Assembly (NCBI GenBank): GCA_965655895.1
Contig: CBFHID010000002.1
Coordinates: 6,339-70,338, forward strand
DNA length: 64,000 bases
Source of the DNA: Candidatus Pelagibacteraceae bacterium
Lineage (GTDB): Bacteria > Pseudomonadota > Alphaproteobacteria > Pelagibacterales > Pelagibacteraceae
Direction of reading: 5' to 3'
In this document: positions 41,721 to 50,777 of the stretch, piece by piece
Numbering within the stretch: the first letter of the stretch is position 1
Layout of the letters: every line of letters starts with the position of its first letter
Notes under the pieces: generated by a model
What the model was told of the DNA's origin: nothing
What the model saw: only the letters and a program-made list of their open reading frames with translations
Databases searched by the model: none
Made by a program: the position numbers and the translations under genes

Positions 41721-42854
41721 TTACTTTTCTGCTCTATCTATCCACCCTCCTCCAAATACTCGAATTCCTGTTTCATCACTCTTGTAAAAAACACACGCTT
41801 GTCCAGGAGATATACCAGCTTCGCCGTGATTCAAGGTAACCACAGCCCCTCCATTTGAAACCGTACATGGTAATAAATTGCCAGTCGACCTCACTTTGAC
41901 AAAGAAATCTCCTTTCAAGTCACTTGGGTCACATAGATAATTTATCTCTCTCAAATGAATTTTTTTTACCAAAAGATCCTCTCTTGAACCGATTACTACC
42001 TCATTGTTGATTGCATCAATTTTAACTACAAAATAAGGATCAAGAGAAGAAACCCTTATCCCTTTTCTTTGTCCAATGGTAAAATTTGCAATACCGTTAT
42101 GTCTACCTAATATTTTACCGTTTATATCGACGATATTTCCATCCTTGAACGATTCAGGTCTGAGTTTTTCTACAATAGATTTATAATTTCCATTAGGAAC
42201 AAAGCAAATGTCTTGGCTATCCGGCTTATTGGCAACCTGTAAATTTAAATTCTTTGCAATGTTTCTTGTTTCCTTTTTTGGCAAAGATCCCAAAGGAAAC
42301 CTTAAATAATCAAGCTGTTCTTGTGTCGTATTAAATAAAAAATAACTTTGGTCTCTATTTGTATCTATCGGCCTATACATCTTTGCACCCTTATCAAATA
42401 TTCTTTTAACATAATGACCAGTAGCTAATGCATCCGCATCAAGATTCCTAGCCGATTTAAATAAGTCTCTAAATTTAACAGTTTGATTACAATCTACACA
42501 CGGAATTGGCGTTTCTCCTTTGACATAACTGTCAGCAAATTTCTCCATAACCTCTTCTTTAAAGATAGACTCATAATTAAATACTTCATGCTTAATATCT
42601 AGCTGATCACAAACTTTTTTAGCATCATAGATATCTTTTCCGGCACAACACGTTCCTTTAGTCTTTCCAATTTTTCCATAATCAAATAATTGGAGGGTGA
42701 TTCCAATCACCTCATACCCTTCTTGCTTCAAAAGTGCCGCAACGACTGAAGAATCAACCCCGCCAGACATTGCAACAACTACTTTTGTTTTTGATTTTTC
42801 TTTATCAAAGCCAAGTGGATTTCCACTGATAATATCTGAAGTTGATAAACTCAT
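41721..42854 (-). CDS. mnmA: tRNA 2-thiouridine(34) synthase
   Basis: 377 aa with the PP-loop VVAMSGGVDSSV and the blocks CCAGKD and GHYV. Confidence 0.92.
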   Translation of the reverse strand: MSLSTSDIISGNPLGFDKEKSKTKVVVAMSGGVDSSVVAALLKQEGYEVIGITLQLFDYGKIGKTKGTCCAGKDIYDAKKVCDQLDIKHEVFNYESIFKEEVMEKFADSYVKGETPIPCVDCNQTVKFRDLFKSARNLDADALATGHYVKRIFDKGAKMYRPIDTNRDQSYFLFNTTQEQLDYLRFPLGSLPKKETRNIAKNLNLQVANKPDSQDICFVPNGNYKSIVEKLRPESFKDGNIVDINGKILGRHNGIANFTIGQRKGIRVSSLDPYFVVKIDAINNEVVIGSREDLLVKKIHLREINYLCDPSDLKGDFFVKVRSTGNLLPCTVSNGGAVVTLNHGEAGISPGQACVFYKSDETGIRVFGGGWIDRAEK

Positions 42855-42887
42855 AACATGGGTATATCACGATAATAATATTTTAAA

Positions 42888-43067
42888 ATGCATGTATATG
42901 ACTTTGACCCAGGTGATTTTGTCATTAACCCTGAAAATAAAGATTGGGGTATTGGACAGGTTCAATCTATTATAGATTATAAAGTCACCGTTAATTTTCA
43001 AAATGTTGGAAAAAAAACCATAAATACCAAAGAAATAAATTTAGAAAAATATAATGAAAAAAATTAG
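42888..43067 (+). CDS. DUF3553-family small protein (below the ORF-track size cutoff)
   Basis: My translation gives 59 aa: MHVYDFDPGDFVINPENKDWGIGQVQSIIDYKVTVNFQNVGKKTINTKEINLEKYNEKN. The WG-x-GQVQS...VTVNF pattern is the DUF3553 hallmark as I recall it, and this family is common in alphaproteobacteria. Confidence 0.7.
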   Translation: MHVYDFDPGDFVINPENKDWGIGQVQSIIDYKVTVNFQNVGKKTINTKEINLEKYNEKN

Positions 43068-43824
43068 TCCAGAATCTCTAATTAAAAAACTAATACCAGT
43101 TTTTTATCAAGCTGGTGCACAATCAATAAAGTGCTCAAAAAAATTAAAGATTCACATTAAAGAAGATGGTACGCCAGTTTCAAATGGCGATCTAGAAGTG
43201 GACGCTATAATTCAAAGTTTTATAAAAAAGATCACTCCTAATATAGAAATTGTGTCAGAAGAAACGATTCAAGAAACAAAAAATAAAACTAGGGATACGT
43301 TTTGGCTAATTGATCCAATAGATGGAACCAGCTCTTATATAAAAGGGGGATCTGAATATACAATCAATGTTGGGCTTATAATAAAAAAAAAGGCTGTTGC
43401 TGGTATTGTTTATGCCCCAAAAAAAAAGAGGCTCTTTTATAGCTATGGAAAAAATAAATCTTATGAAATTTACAACAAAAAGAAAAAAATTAAACTTGAC
43501 TGTACAAGAAAACTAAACCGAGAAAAAATTGCCTTGACCAACTCATCAAATCCTTCGCTTACAATTAAGAAAATTTTAAATAAGCATAAAATTAATAAAT
43601 TTGTGAGTATGAGAAGTTCTTTAAAATTTTGTATGATTGCCAATAACACATTTGATTTATACGCAGCCAAAGCTAGAGCAAGAGAGTGGGATTATGCAGC
43701 AGGTCATGCTGTAGCGGAAGGGGCTGGTGCCATTATTAGAAACCATCAAAATAAGCCAATAACTTATGGAAAAAAAGGTTTTAAAAATGCATCATTATTA
43801 GTTAGAAGAAATTCTAAAATTTAA
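43054..43824 (+). CDS. Inositol monophosphatase family protein (CysQ-like 3'(2'),5'-bisphosphate nucleotidase)
   Basis: 256 aa with the blocks SEE, WLIDPIDGTSSY and WDYAAGHAV. Confidence 0.8.
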   Translation: MKKISPESLIKKLIPVFYQAGAQSIKCSKKLKIHIKEDGTPVSNGDLEVDAIIQSFIKKITPNIEIVSEETIQETKNKTRDTFWLIDPIDGTSSYIKGGSEYTINVGLIIKKKAVAGIVYAPKKKRLFYSYGKNKSYEIYNKKKKIKLDCTRKLNREKIALTNSSNPSLTIKKILNKHKINKFVSMRSSLKFCMIANNTFDLYAAKARAREWDYAAGHAVAEGAGAIIRNHQNKPITYGKKGFKNASLLVRRNSKI

Positions 43825-43961
43825 TGATAAAAACTATCTTAATTATTGTTATTAGCGTATCAATTTTTGGAATTTTAATTTTTAGCGTTGTTAGACAGTT
43901 AATGCAAAAAAAAATTAATGAACTAGTTGAAGAAGAAAAAAAGAAAAAAAGAAAAAAATAA
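43824..43961 (+). CDS. Small single-TM protein (45 aa), unknown
   Basis: MIKTILIIVISVSIFGILIFSVVRQLMQKKINELVEEEKKKKRKK. The start overlaps the upstream stop (TAATG), and the stop abuts the convergent recX-like gene, so it exactly fills an otherwise empty 137-nt gap. Confidence 0.45.
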   Translation: MIKTILIIVISVSIFGILIFSVVRQLMQKKINELVEEEKKKKRKK

Positions 43962-44543
43962 TTACAATTTTTTTTCGTAAATCTTTAATTGTTTTTGATC
44001 TAATGCCAATACCTCTTTGGAAAGATCGTAACTAAAACCTGATCTGGCCAAAACACCCATATCCTTTTTATAAAAAATTTCTTTATTTGCTTCAGGACGG
44101 TAAGGCCCTATTCTTCTTTTTTTGCATATACGAATTGCAGAATAAAAATCAGCATTTTCATGATCCTCTTGAATTTTTTCAATAGTTTTTTTTAATAGAT
44201 CGCTACCAATACCCTTTTGAGATAAATGCTGCTTAATTTTATTTAAAGAATATCCTCTTTTTAAAAAGTTTTTTGATTTTAATTCCGAATAAAGACTGTC
44301 ATTAAGAATACCTTTTTCTTCAAGATCATTCAAAACAATTTCAATTTTGTTTAAAACTTCACTCTTTTCAACTGTATTACTCTGACCATCAATAGCCTTT
44401 CTAAAAAGGTAAACCTGCAAACTTTTTTTAGAAGGTTGGTATTTATCAAGATACTTTAATGCTAATTCCTTGATTTCCTCTACAGTTTCAAGACTTTGAT
44501 ACGTTGATTTAGAACGATTCATATATAAACTACTAGTTATCAT
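43962..44543 (-). CDS. recX: RecX-like regulatory protein
   Basis: 193 aa, all-helical repeat pattern with LEEKGILNDSLY, FLKRGYS and LARSGFS segments typical of RecX. Confidence 0.65.
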   Translation of the reverse strand: MITSSLYMNRSKSTYQSLETVEEIKELALKYLDKYQPSKKSLQVYLFRKAIDGQSNTVEKSEVLNKIEIVLNDLEEKGILNDSLYSELKSKNFLKRGYSLNKIKQHLSQKGIGSDLLKKTIEKIQEDHENADFYSAIRICKKRRIGPYRPEANKEIFYKKDMGVLARSGFSYDLSKEVLALDQKQLKIYEKKL

Positions 44544-45083
44544 ATGTTGGAAACGATCAAAGAATTTTTTAGTTTAGAGATGATTTACCAATTTGCAAAC
44601 ATTGGCGTTATACCTTTGTGGCTATTAATTATTCTTGCCCCAAGTTCAAAAATTACTCAAGGCTTAGTGAACAATCTTTTTATCCCGTTTATAATGGCAC
44701 TTACCTACGGTTATTTAGCTTTTGAACAAATCTATCCATCTGGAGCGTTTGATAATTTTATAAAAAAAGATCCAACCGGTGTTCTAAATGGCTTAAAACA
44801 AGATCCGCTCGATGTGCTCAATAATTTTAAATTATATCTTGGATTAGACGAGTTGATGTCATTAATGGATAATACGCTTTTTGTTTTAATTTTCTGGATA
44901 CATTTTTTAGCTATAAGCTTATTTCTGGGCATCTGGATTGCAAACGATGCCATTAAACAAGGTATCAATAAGTTTATTGTTATATTTCCGCTAATCTTAA
45001 CTTATTTTAGTGGGCCCGTTGGTTTATTTTTATATTTATTTTTGAGACTATTAATTGCGCAAAAATTTAGATTACACGATTAA
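44544..45083 (+). CDS. DUF4281 (ABA4-like) membrane protein
   Basis: 179 aa. The N-terminal FANIGVIPLWLLIILAP pattern is typical of DUF4281. A ~35-aa insertion lies between the helices. Confidence 0.55.
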   Translation: MLETIKEFFSLEMIYQFANIGVIPLWLLIILAPSSKITQGLVNNLFIPFIMALTYGYLAFEQIYPSGAFDNFIKKDPTGVLNGLKQDPLDVLNNFKLYLGLDELMSLMDNTLFVLIFWIHFLAISLFLGIWIANDAIKQGINKFIVIFPLILTYFSGPVGLFLYLFLRLLIAQKFRLHD

Positions 45084-45667
45084 TGAAAAAAATTGATTTT
45101 TACTTTGATATTAGCAGTCCATACTCATATTTAGCGCATGAGCAAATTAAGCTTTTTGAAAAAGAAAATAAATGTAAATCAAATTATATGCCTGTCTTCC
45201 TTGGTGGTTTGCACCAAATGGCAAATATAACTGCTCCAGGATTGAATCCATCAAGGGCAAAACATATGATTAAAGATCTAAAAATTTGTGCTGACTGGTA
45301 TAAAATTAAATTTCAATTCAACAGATACTTTCCTTTAAAAACCATAAATATCATGAGAGGTGCCATTGTTGCTCAAAACGAAGGTTTCCTTAATAATTAT
45401 ATAGATAAACTCTTTAAAGCAGCATGGGTGGATTCTTTAAATTTGAATGATGAAAAAATTTTAGAAAAATTTATAAAAAATATGGATATAAATCCAAAAA
45501 ACTTTTTTGAAAAAATTAAAAATCAGACAGTTAAAGAAGATTTAAAAAATAGAACCGATACAGCGTTTAAAAAAGGTGTTTTCGGTGCGCCAACTTTTAT
45601 AGTTGGGTCTAAAATATTTTTTGGACAAGATAGATTGGAATTTGTTTACCGCGAAGCTAAAAAATAA
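45083..45667 (+). CDS. 2-hydroxychromene-2-carboxylate isomerase family protein (DsbA-like fold)
   Basis: 194 aa with the IDFYFDISSPYSYLA N-terminus and a C-terminal GVFGAPTF block. Confidence 0.8.
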   Translation: MKKIDFYFDISSPYSYLAHEQIKLFEKENKCKSNYMPVFLGGLHQMANITAPGLNPSRAKHMIKDLKICADWYKIKFQFNRYFPLKTINIMRGAIVAQNEGFLNNYIDKLFKAAWVDSLNLNDEKILEKFIKNMDINPKNFFEKIKNQTVKEDLKNRTDTAFKKGVFGAPTFIVGSKIFFGQDRLEFVYREAKK

Positions 45668-45669
45668 AT

Positions 45670-46062
45670 TTAATCTATTTTTTCAACTTCAAATCCCGCA
45701 TCAACCAAAGCTTGAAAACCACCTTTAATATGATAAATATTATTAAAACCCATTTCTTGAATAGCTTTAGTAGCTAAAGCACTTCTCCAATTCGATGCAC
45801 AGTATAAAACTTTAGTTTTATTGGGAGTAATATCTTTTTTGTAATATGGACTTTCAGGATCTAGCCAAAATTCTAGCATTCCTCGTGGCATATGCTTTGC
45901 AATTTTAATTTTTCCAGTCTTACTTAGTTCACGTATATCTCTTATATCAATCAATATAGTATCTGGTTTTTTTTCTAATAAAGATTTTAAGTCGGATGGT
46001 TCTATGGTTTTTATCTTATCCATAGCTTCTTCCACTAATTGTTTTGAAGTTTTTAAATTCAT
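45670..46062 (-). CDS. Rhodanese-domain sulfurtransferase
   Basis: 130 aa with the active-site loop CASNWRS in a rhodanese context. Confidence 0.85.
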   Translation of the reverse strand: MNLKTSKQLVEEAMDKIKTIEPSDLKSLLEKKPDTILIDIRDIRELSKTGKIKIAKHMPRGMLEFWLDPESPYYKKDITPNKTKVLYCASNWRSALATKAIQEMGFNNIYHIKGGFQALVDAGFEVEKID

Positions 46063-46090
46063 AATATAGGCATTATAAAAGTTTATAATT

Positions 46091-46552
46091 ATGATTAAAG
46101 AAAATAAACTCCTTAAAGACTTTAAATTACCTTCAACTAGCGGAAAGGAATTTCACTTAAAAAAAGATTTAAAACAAAATTTAGTTATCTATGTTTATCC
46201 AAAAGATAATACGCCAGGGTGTACAACAGAATCTATAGAATTTGCCAAAGATTACAAAAATTTCAAAAAACTCAAAACAGATATTGTTGGTGTTTCTAAG
46301 GATTCAATTGAAAGTCATTTAAAGTTTAAAAATAAATTTGAGTTTCCTTTCGAGCTTCTTTCTGATGAAAACGTTAAAGTTATTAAAGAGCTAGGTGCTT
46401 GGGGTGAAAAATCAATGTATGGTAAAAAATTTATGGGTATAAAAAGAACAACTATTTTAATTGGTAAAGATCAAAAAATTATAAAAATTTGGAACAATGT
46501 AAAAGTAAAAAAACATGTAAGCGATGTTCTAAATTTTATTAAACAATATTAA
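46091..46552 (+). CDS. bcp: Peroxiredoxin Bcp (thioredoxin-dependent thiol peroxidase)
   Basis: 153 aa with the motif YPKDNTPGCTTE. Confidence 0.9.
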   Translation: MIKENKLLKDFKLPSTSGKEFHLKKDLKQNLVIYVYPKDNTPGCTTESIEFAKDYKNFKKLKTDIVGVSKDSIESHLKFKNKFEFPFELLSDENVKVIKELGAWGEKSMYGKKFMGIKRTTILIGKDQKIIKIWNNVKVKKHVSDVLNFIKQY

Positions 46553-47547
46553 GTTATTTTATTTAAGATATGATTATAAACTCTATCCACGGTTAAGGTT
46601 CTCATTATCTCTCTTTTTTTTATAAATTGATCCGTATAGTTTTCAGGTAAGATAGGATCAATTTTAGTATTTTTTAATTCGCTAACTTTTGCATTTGTAA
46701 TTAAACCAAATGCCATAGTGTTTACAGCAGATGCTATATTTAATGGAGCTGAATTATTACCAACAAAAAAAATTGAATTTTTAATCACCTTAATAATTTG
46801 CAATAAATTTAGACTAGAGCAATCATGAAAGATATTCATTTTTGATAAGCTAATAATTTTTTTAACTATGTGCTGATTATTTTGTGAAGAAATCAAAAAG
46901 AAATTTTCACATAAATTTTTACTAAAAAGTCTTTCTGCTAAATCAGCAAATTGATCTTCATACCAAATTTTATATAATTCAAAAGAATCAACACCGAATG
47001 AAATAATTTTTTTATTATTTAATTTAGGCTCAATACTATCTAAACTTTGACTAGTTAAATTAATCTTAGGTACTCGGTCAAATATCAGAATATTGTTTAA
47101 TTTTAAAAATTTTTCAGATTGATCAGAATAATTTAAATTTTTGTAATCATCATAACTCAGATAGTTTTCACAAGTCAGCCAAAATTTTTGGTTTTTGATA
47201 CCTGGGCCAATTATATTTTTTACTCCAGCTAATTTAGCTGCTATCGCTGGTCTTGAAATTTTATCTAAAATATAGATGTGTGAAAAATTTTTTTTTTTAA
47301 AAAAAAAATATAATTTTATTATTTCGATAAAATACCATATTTTTTTTCTAAATTCACAATAAAAAAAATCCTTTATAAAATTTTCATCTTTAAATATATC
47401 TTTAGCTTGTGTTTTAGATCTTGTTATTAATGTAATTTTTAATTTATGAAAATTACTAATAGATTTGATGTAGGGTAGTTGCCAAATCAAATCTCCAGCT
47501 TTATGGTGAGAATATACAACGGCAATATTTTTTTTATTTTCTATCAA
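46549..47547 (-). CDS. Glycosyltransferase family 9-like protein
   Basis: 332 aa with N-terminal IAVVYSHHKAGDLIW and C-terminal FFVGNNSAPLNIA resembling the GT9 GDxx / NDSGPxH blocks. Divergent sequence. Confidence 0.65.
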   Translation of the reverse strand: MIENKKNIAVVYSHHKAGDLIWQLPYIKSISNFHKLKITLITRSKTQAKDIFKDENFIKDFFYCEFRKKIWYFIEIIKLYFFFKKKNFSHIYILDKISRPAIAAKLAGVKNIIGPGIKNQKFWLTCENYLSYDDYKNLNYSDQSEKFLKLNNILIFDRVPKINLTSQSLDSIEPKLNNKKIISFGVDSFELYKIWYEDQFADLAERLFSKNLCENFFLISSQNNQHIVKKIISLSKMNIFHDCSSLNLLQIIKVIKNSIFFVGNNSAPLNIASAVNTMAFGLITNAKVSELKNTKIDPILPENYTDQFIKKREIMRTLTVDRVYNHILNKIT

Positions 47548-48322
47548 AGCTTATATTAATATCTTTAACTCTTTTATTATTTGGATAGTCTAATTTATCA
47601 AGAGGATAATTAAAATTAGAATATTTATTTGGCACGCTGATAATATTTTTGTTCACAAATGTCAACTCTATGCATGTTGGATCACAATTTCTATCTAAAG
47701 GAGAAAAATTATTACCATGAATATGAATTAATTTAAAAAATTTATTTTTTTGTATAAAGTTTTTGATTTTTTCTAAATTTCTTTTGTTATTTATATTATG
47801 AAATTCTATTATGATGGAATTGATTTTTTTTTCAAATTGTCTTATTTGACTTAGTATTTCGTACTCACTTCCTTCTATATCAATTTTTAAGAATACAGAA
47901 AAATTATTTAGTGGTTTTTGAAATACCCTATTTAATGATATAGAGTTTTTTTTATTGCCAATTTTTTGCTTATAATGTTTATGTTTATTAAAAAATAAAA
48001 AATAGTCTATATATTTAAAAATATCTAAAATTTTTTTTAATCTTAATTTTTTCAAAATCAATAATTGAAAAAAATCTTTAATAAATCTTTTTAACCAAAA
48101 CCCATTGGTGATTGTATGGTCATAAGCATATATTTTAATTTGATTATTAAATTTTAAAAAACCTTTTTCAAAACTCCAATCATCATTTAATCCTAAAGTA
48201 ATTAATTTTTTTGTTAATTTAATAGACTCTTTATGTATTATATAACCTCCATCTCCCATTTGACCTAATCTTAAAAGTTTTTTTTTATCTATATTTAATG
48301 GCCTAAAAAAAATGGGTAACAT
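47534..48322 (-). CDS. FkbM-family methyltransferase-like protein
   Basis: 262 aa. FLKIDIEGSEYEIL...IIIEFH resembles the FkbM signature (KiDvEG.E..vL...iE.H). Confidence 0.55.
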   Translation of the reverse strand: MLPIFFRPLNIDKKKLLRLGQMGDGGYIIHKESIKLTKKLITLGLNDDWSFEKGFLKFNNQIKIYAYDHTITNGFWLKRFIKDFFQLLILKKLRLKKILDIFKYIDYFLFFNKHKHYKQKIGNKKNSISLNRVFQKPLNNFSVFLKIDIEGSEYEILSQIRQFEKKINSIIIEFHNINNKRNLEKIKNFIQKNKFFKLIHIHGNNFSPLDRNCDPTCIELTFVNKNIISVPNKYSNFNYPLDKLDYPNNKRVKDINISFDRK

Positions 48323-49207
48323 TTAATTTATAAATTTATCTTTTTTAATTCCCAAAAAATATAAAACTGTCGTCAAATCTGTATATTGAATTTGAGTTTT
48401 AATATTATCTTTAATGATTTGATGAGCGTGATAGCCTATTCCAAGTCCAGAATGTTTTAGCATTTGTAAATCATTGGAACCATCTCCAACAGAAACCATT
48501 TCTGAAAAATCTACTTTATTATCATTTGATAACTTTTCCATATACTTATATTTGGAGTTTTTCTCACCAGTAATGGGAATATAATCTCCTGTAAAACAAT
48601 CATTTTTATCAAAATTAAATTCGTTACTAATAACATTTTTAAAACCAAAATATTTGCCAACATAAGTTGAGATTGGCTTAAATCCACCTGTAATTAAATT
48701 TGTCTCTAACCCCAGTTGGTTACATGTCTGAACCAATGTTTTTCCTCCAGAGTTAAACTGTATTCCGTTTAAAACTTTATCGATTAAACTTTTTGACTTT
48801 CCTTTTAAAATTTCTACACGTGTTTTTAATGTAGTTCTCAAATCAATTTTACCTTCCATTGCAAGCTTACTTGTTTCATCAACATTAAAATCTGATCCTG
48901 AAATTTTTACTAGATCATCTAATGTTTCGTTTGCAATCATAGTAGCATCCATATCGCACAATAAAATTTTAAAATTTTTAAGACTTTCATCCTTCAGACA
49001 AAAATCAATTTTTTTATCATTCAACTCTTTATGTAAATTTTGATATTTTTCATCTTCAAAATCTTGAATATAAAATTCTGTGGAATGTACAGATAATTGA
49101 TTTTGTTGAATTATATTTAAATTTAAATTTCCTTTCAAAAATTTAAGTATCTCATTAATTGCAAGTATTTCGCTTGTAACTAAAGTTAATATTTTATTTT
49201 GCATCAA
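48323..49207 (-). CDS. serB: Phosphoserine phosphatase
   Basis: 294 aa with the HAD motifs LCDMDATMI and GDGSNDLQML and an N-terminal ACT-like extension. Confidence 0.85.
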   Translation of the reverse strand: MMQNKILTLVTSEILAINEILKFLKGNLNLNIIQQNQLSVHSTEFYIQDFEDEKYQNLHKELNDKKIDFCLKDESLKNFKILLCDMDATMIANETLDDLVKISGSDFNVDETSKLAMEGKIDLRTTLKTRVEILKGKSKSLIDKVLNGIQFNSGGKTLVQTCNQLGLETNLITGGFKPISTYVGKYFGFKNVISNEFNFDKNDCFTGDYIPITGEKNSKYKYMEKLSNDNKVDFSEMVSVGDGSNDLQMLKHSGLGIGYHAHQIIKDNIKTQIQYTDLTTVLYFLGIKKDKFIN

Positions 49208-50777
49208 AAACTAAAGGCTTAGCTTGAATCACTAAAGGAATTTTTTTAATACTTTCAATTACACTTTCCTGAATTGGACTGTCGACTGATATTAAGGCGA
49301 TTGCCTCCCCGCCTGAGTTTTTCCTACCAAGATTAAAAGTTGCAATATTAATATTATGATCAGCTAATATTTTAGATAAATTGCTTACAAAACCAGGTTT
49401 ATCTTCGTTAGAAATGTATAAATTGTATTGAGATAATTCAGCTTCAATTTTGATCCCTTTAATATTTACTATTCTTGGTTTGCCACCAAATAAAGTTCCT
49501 GATACTGATCTTTTTTGCTTGTCTGTTTCAACTGTAAGAGTAACGCAAGATTGATATTCGCAAATTTTTTCATGTTTAGTTTCTGAAATCTGAATAGATT
49601 TATTTTTGGCTACAGAGACAGAATTAATTACATTCACTCCATCAAAATTAGATTTTAATAAAGCGCATAACATGGTTTGCATTAAAGGCTGAGTATTGAT
49701 TTGAGAAACCTGGCCCTCAAATTCAACTTCGATTTTTTTAATCGCATTTTCTGTTAATTGTCCTGCAAATCCCCCAAGTTGTTCGGATAGTGTTAAATAA
49801 GGTTTTACAGAGTTATATTCTTTTGCGGTTAATGAAAATGTATTTACAGCGTTTGTAATTGCTCCCGTTTTTAAATAATCTGAAATTTGCTCAGCTATTT
49901 GGAGTGCTACTTTTTCCTGAGCTTCGGTTGTTGATGCACCAAGGTGAGGAGTTAAAATTAAATTTTTTGTTCCAAGTAATGGGCTATTCTTTGGTGGCTC
50001 ATTAACAAAAACATCTAAAGCTGCACTTGCAACATGTCCATTTTCTAAATTTTCTTTAAGAGCATCTTCATCTATCAACCCGCCTCTTGCGCAATTAACT
50101 ATGCGAACACCTTTTTTCATAATTGAAAAAGCATCTTGGTTAATAATATTTTTTGTTTTTTCTGTTAAGGGGGTGTGTAATGTTATAAAATCTGATCTTT
50201 TAAATAAGTCTTGTAACTCAACTTTTTCAACTCCCATTTCATTTGCTTTACCATCTTGTAAAAAAGGGTCAAAAACAATAACTTTAAAATGTAGTCCTAA
50301 AGCTCTATTAGCAACAATTGATCCAATATTACCACAACCAATTATTCCTAGTGTTTTTCCAGTTACTTCCACTCCTTTAATTGCAGATTTTTCCCACTTA
50401 CCTTCATGAGTAGTTTTGTCAGCGTAAGGAATTTGTCTAGCTGTAGACAAAATTAAAGTGATTGCATGCTCTGCAGTTGTAATTGAATTTCCAAAAGGTG
50501 TATTCATTACAACTTTTCCATTACTAGTAGCTGCTTCTAAATCAATATTGTCAACACCAATACCTGCTCTTCCTATAACTTTTAATCTTTTAGACTTTTC
50601 AATAATATTTTTATTAGGTTTTGTAGCAGATCTAACCACAAGACCATCGCAAGTTTCTAATTCTTTGATTAAATCCTCTTCGTTCAGACCGGTTTTAACA
50701 ACAGTCTCTATTCCATTATCTGTAAATATTTTGACTGCTTCCTCGCTTAATTTGTCTGCAATTAATACTTTGTACAT
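49194..50777 (-). CDS. serA: D-3-phosphoglycerate dehydrogenase (long form with ASB and ACT domains)
   Basis: 527 aa with GIIGCGNIGS, the catalytic RGG...D...H context (NCARGGLIDE, TPHLGAST) and a C-terminal ACT domain. Confidence 0.92.
   Translation of the reverse strand: MYKVLIADKLSEEAVKIFTDNGIETVVKTGLNEEDLIKELETCDGLVVRSATKPNKNIIEKSKRLKVIGRAGIGVDNIDLEAATSNGKVVMNTPFGNSITTAEHAITLILSTARQIPYADKTTHEGKWEKSAIKGVEVTGKTLGIIGCGNIGSIVANRALGLHFKVIVFDPFLQDGKANEMGVEKVELQDLFKRSDFITLHTPLTEKTKNIINQDAFSIMKKGVRIVNCARGGLIDEDALKENLENGHVASAALDVFVNEPPKNSPLLGTKNLILTPHLGASTTEAQEKVALQIAEQISDYLKTGAITNAVNTFSLTAKEYNSVKPYLTLSEQLGGFAGQLTENAIKKIEVEFEGQVSQINTQPLMQTMLCALLKSNFDGVNVINSVSVAKNKSIQISETKHEKICEYQSCVTLTVETDKQKRSVSGTLFGGKPRIVNIKGIKIEAELSQYNLYISNEDKPGFVSNLSKILADHNINIATFNLGRKNSGGEAIALISVDSPIQESVIESIKKIPLVIQAKPLVFDAK

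Noticed and set aside
42697-42975. The 92-aa plus-strand ORF spanning the mnmA 5' end.
   Set aside because: Its first two-thirds are antisense to mnmA. Its 3' part is out of frame with the much more convincing DUF3553-like ORF at 42888-43067.
47288-47308. Back-to-back T11/A10 homopolymer tract inside the GT9-like gene, as a possible phase-variation switch.
   Set aside because: Runs of 9-11 A or T also occur in unrelated genes in this window (for example 22261-22270 in the MFS gene, 61271-61281 in the mocA-like gene, and about 43419-43428 in the cysQ-like gene). They reflect base composition and Lys/Phe codons rather than a dedicated contingency locus.
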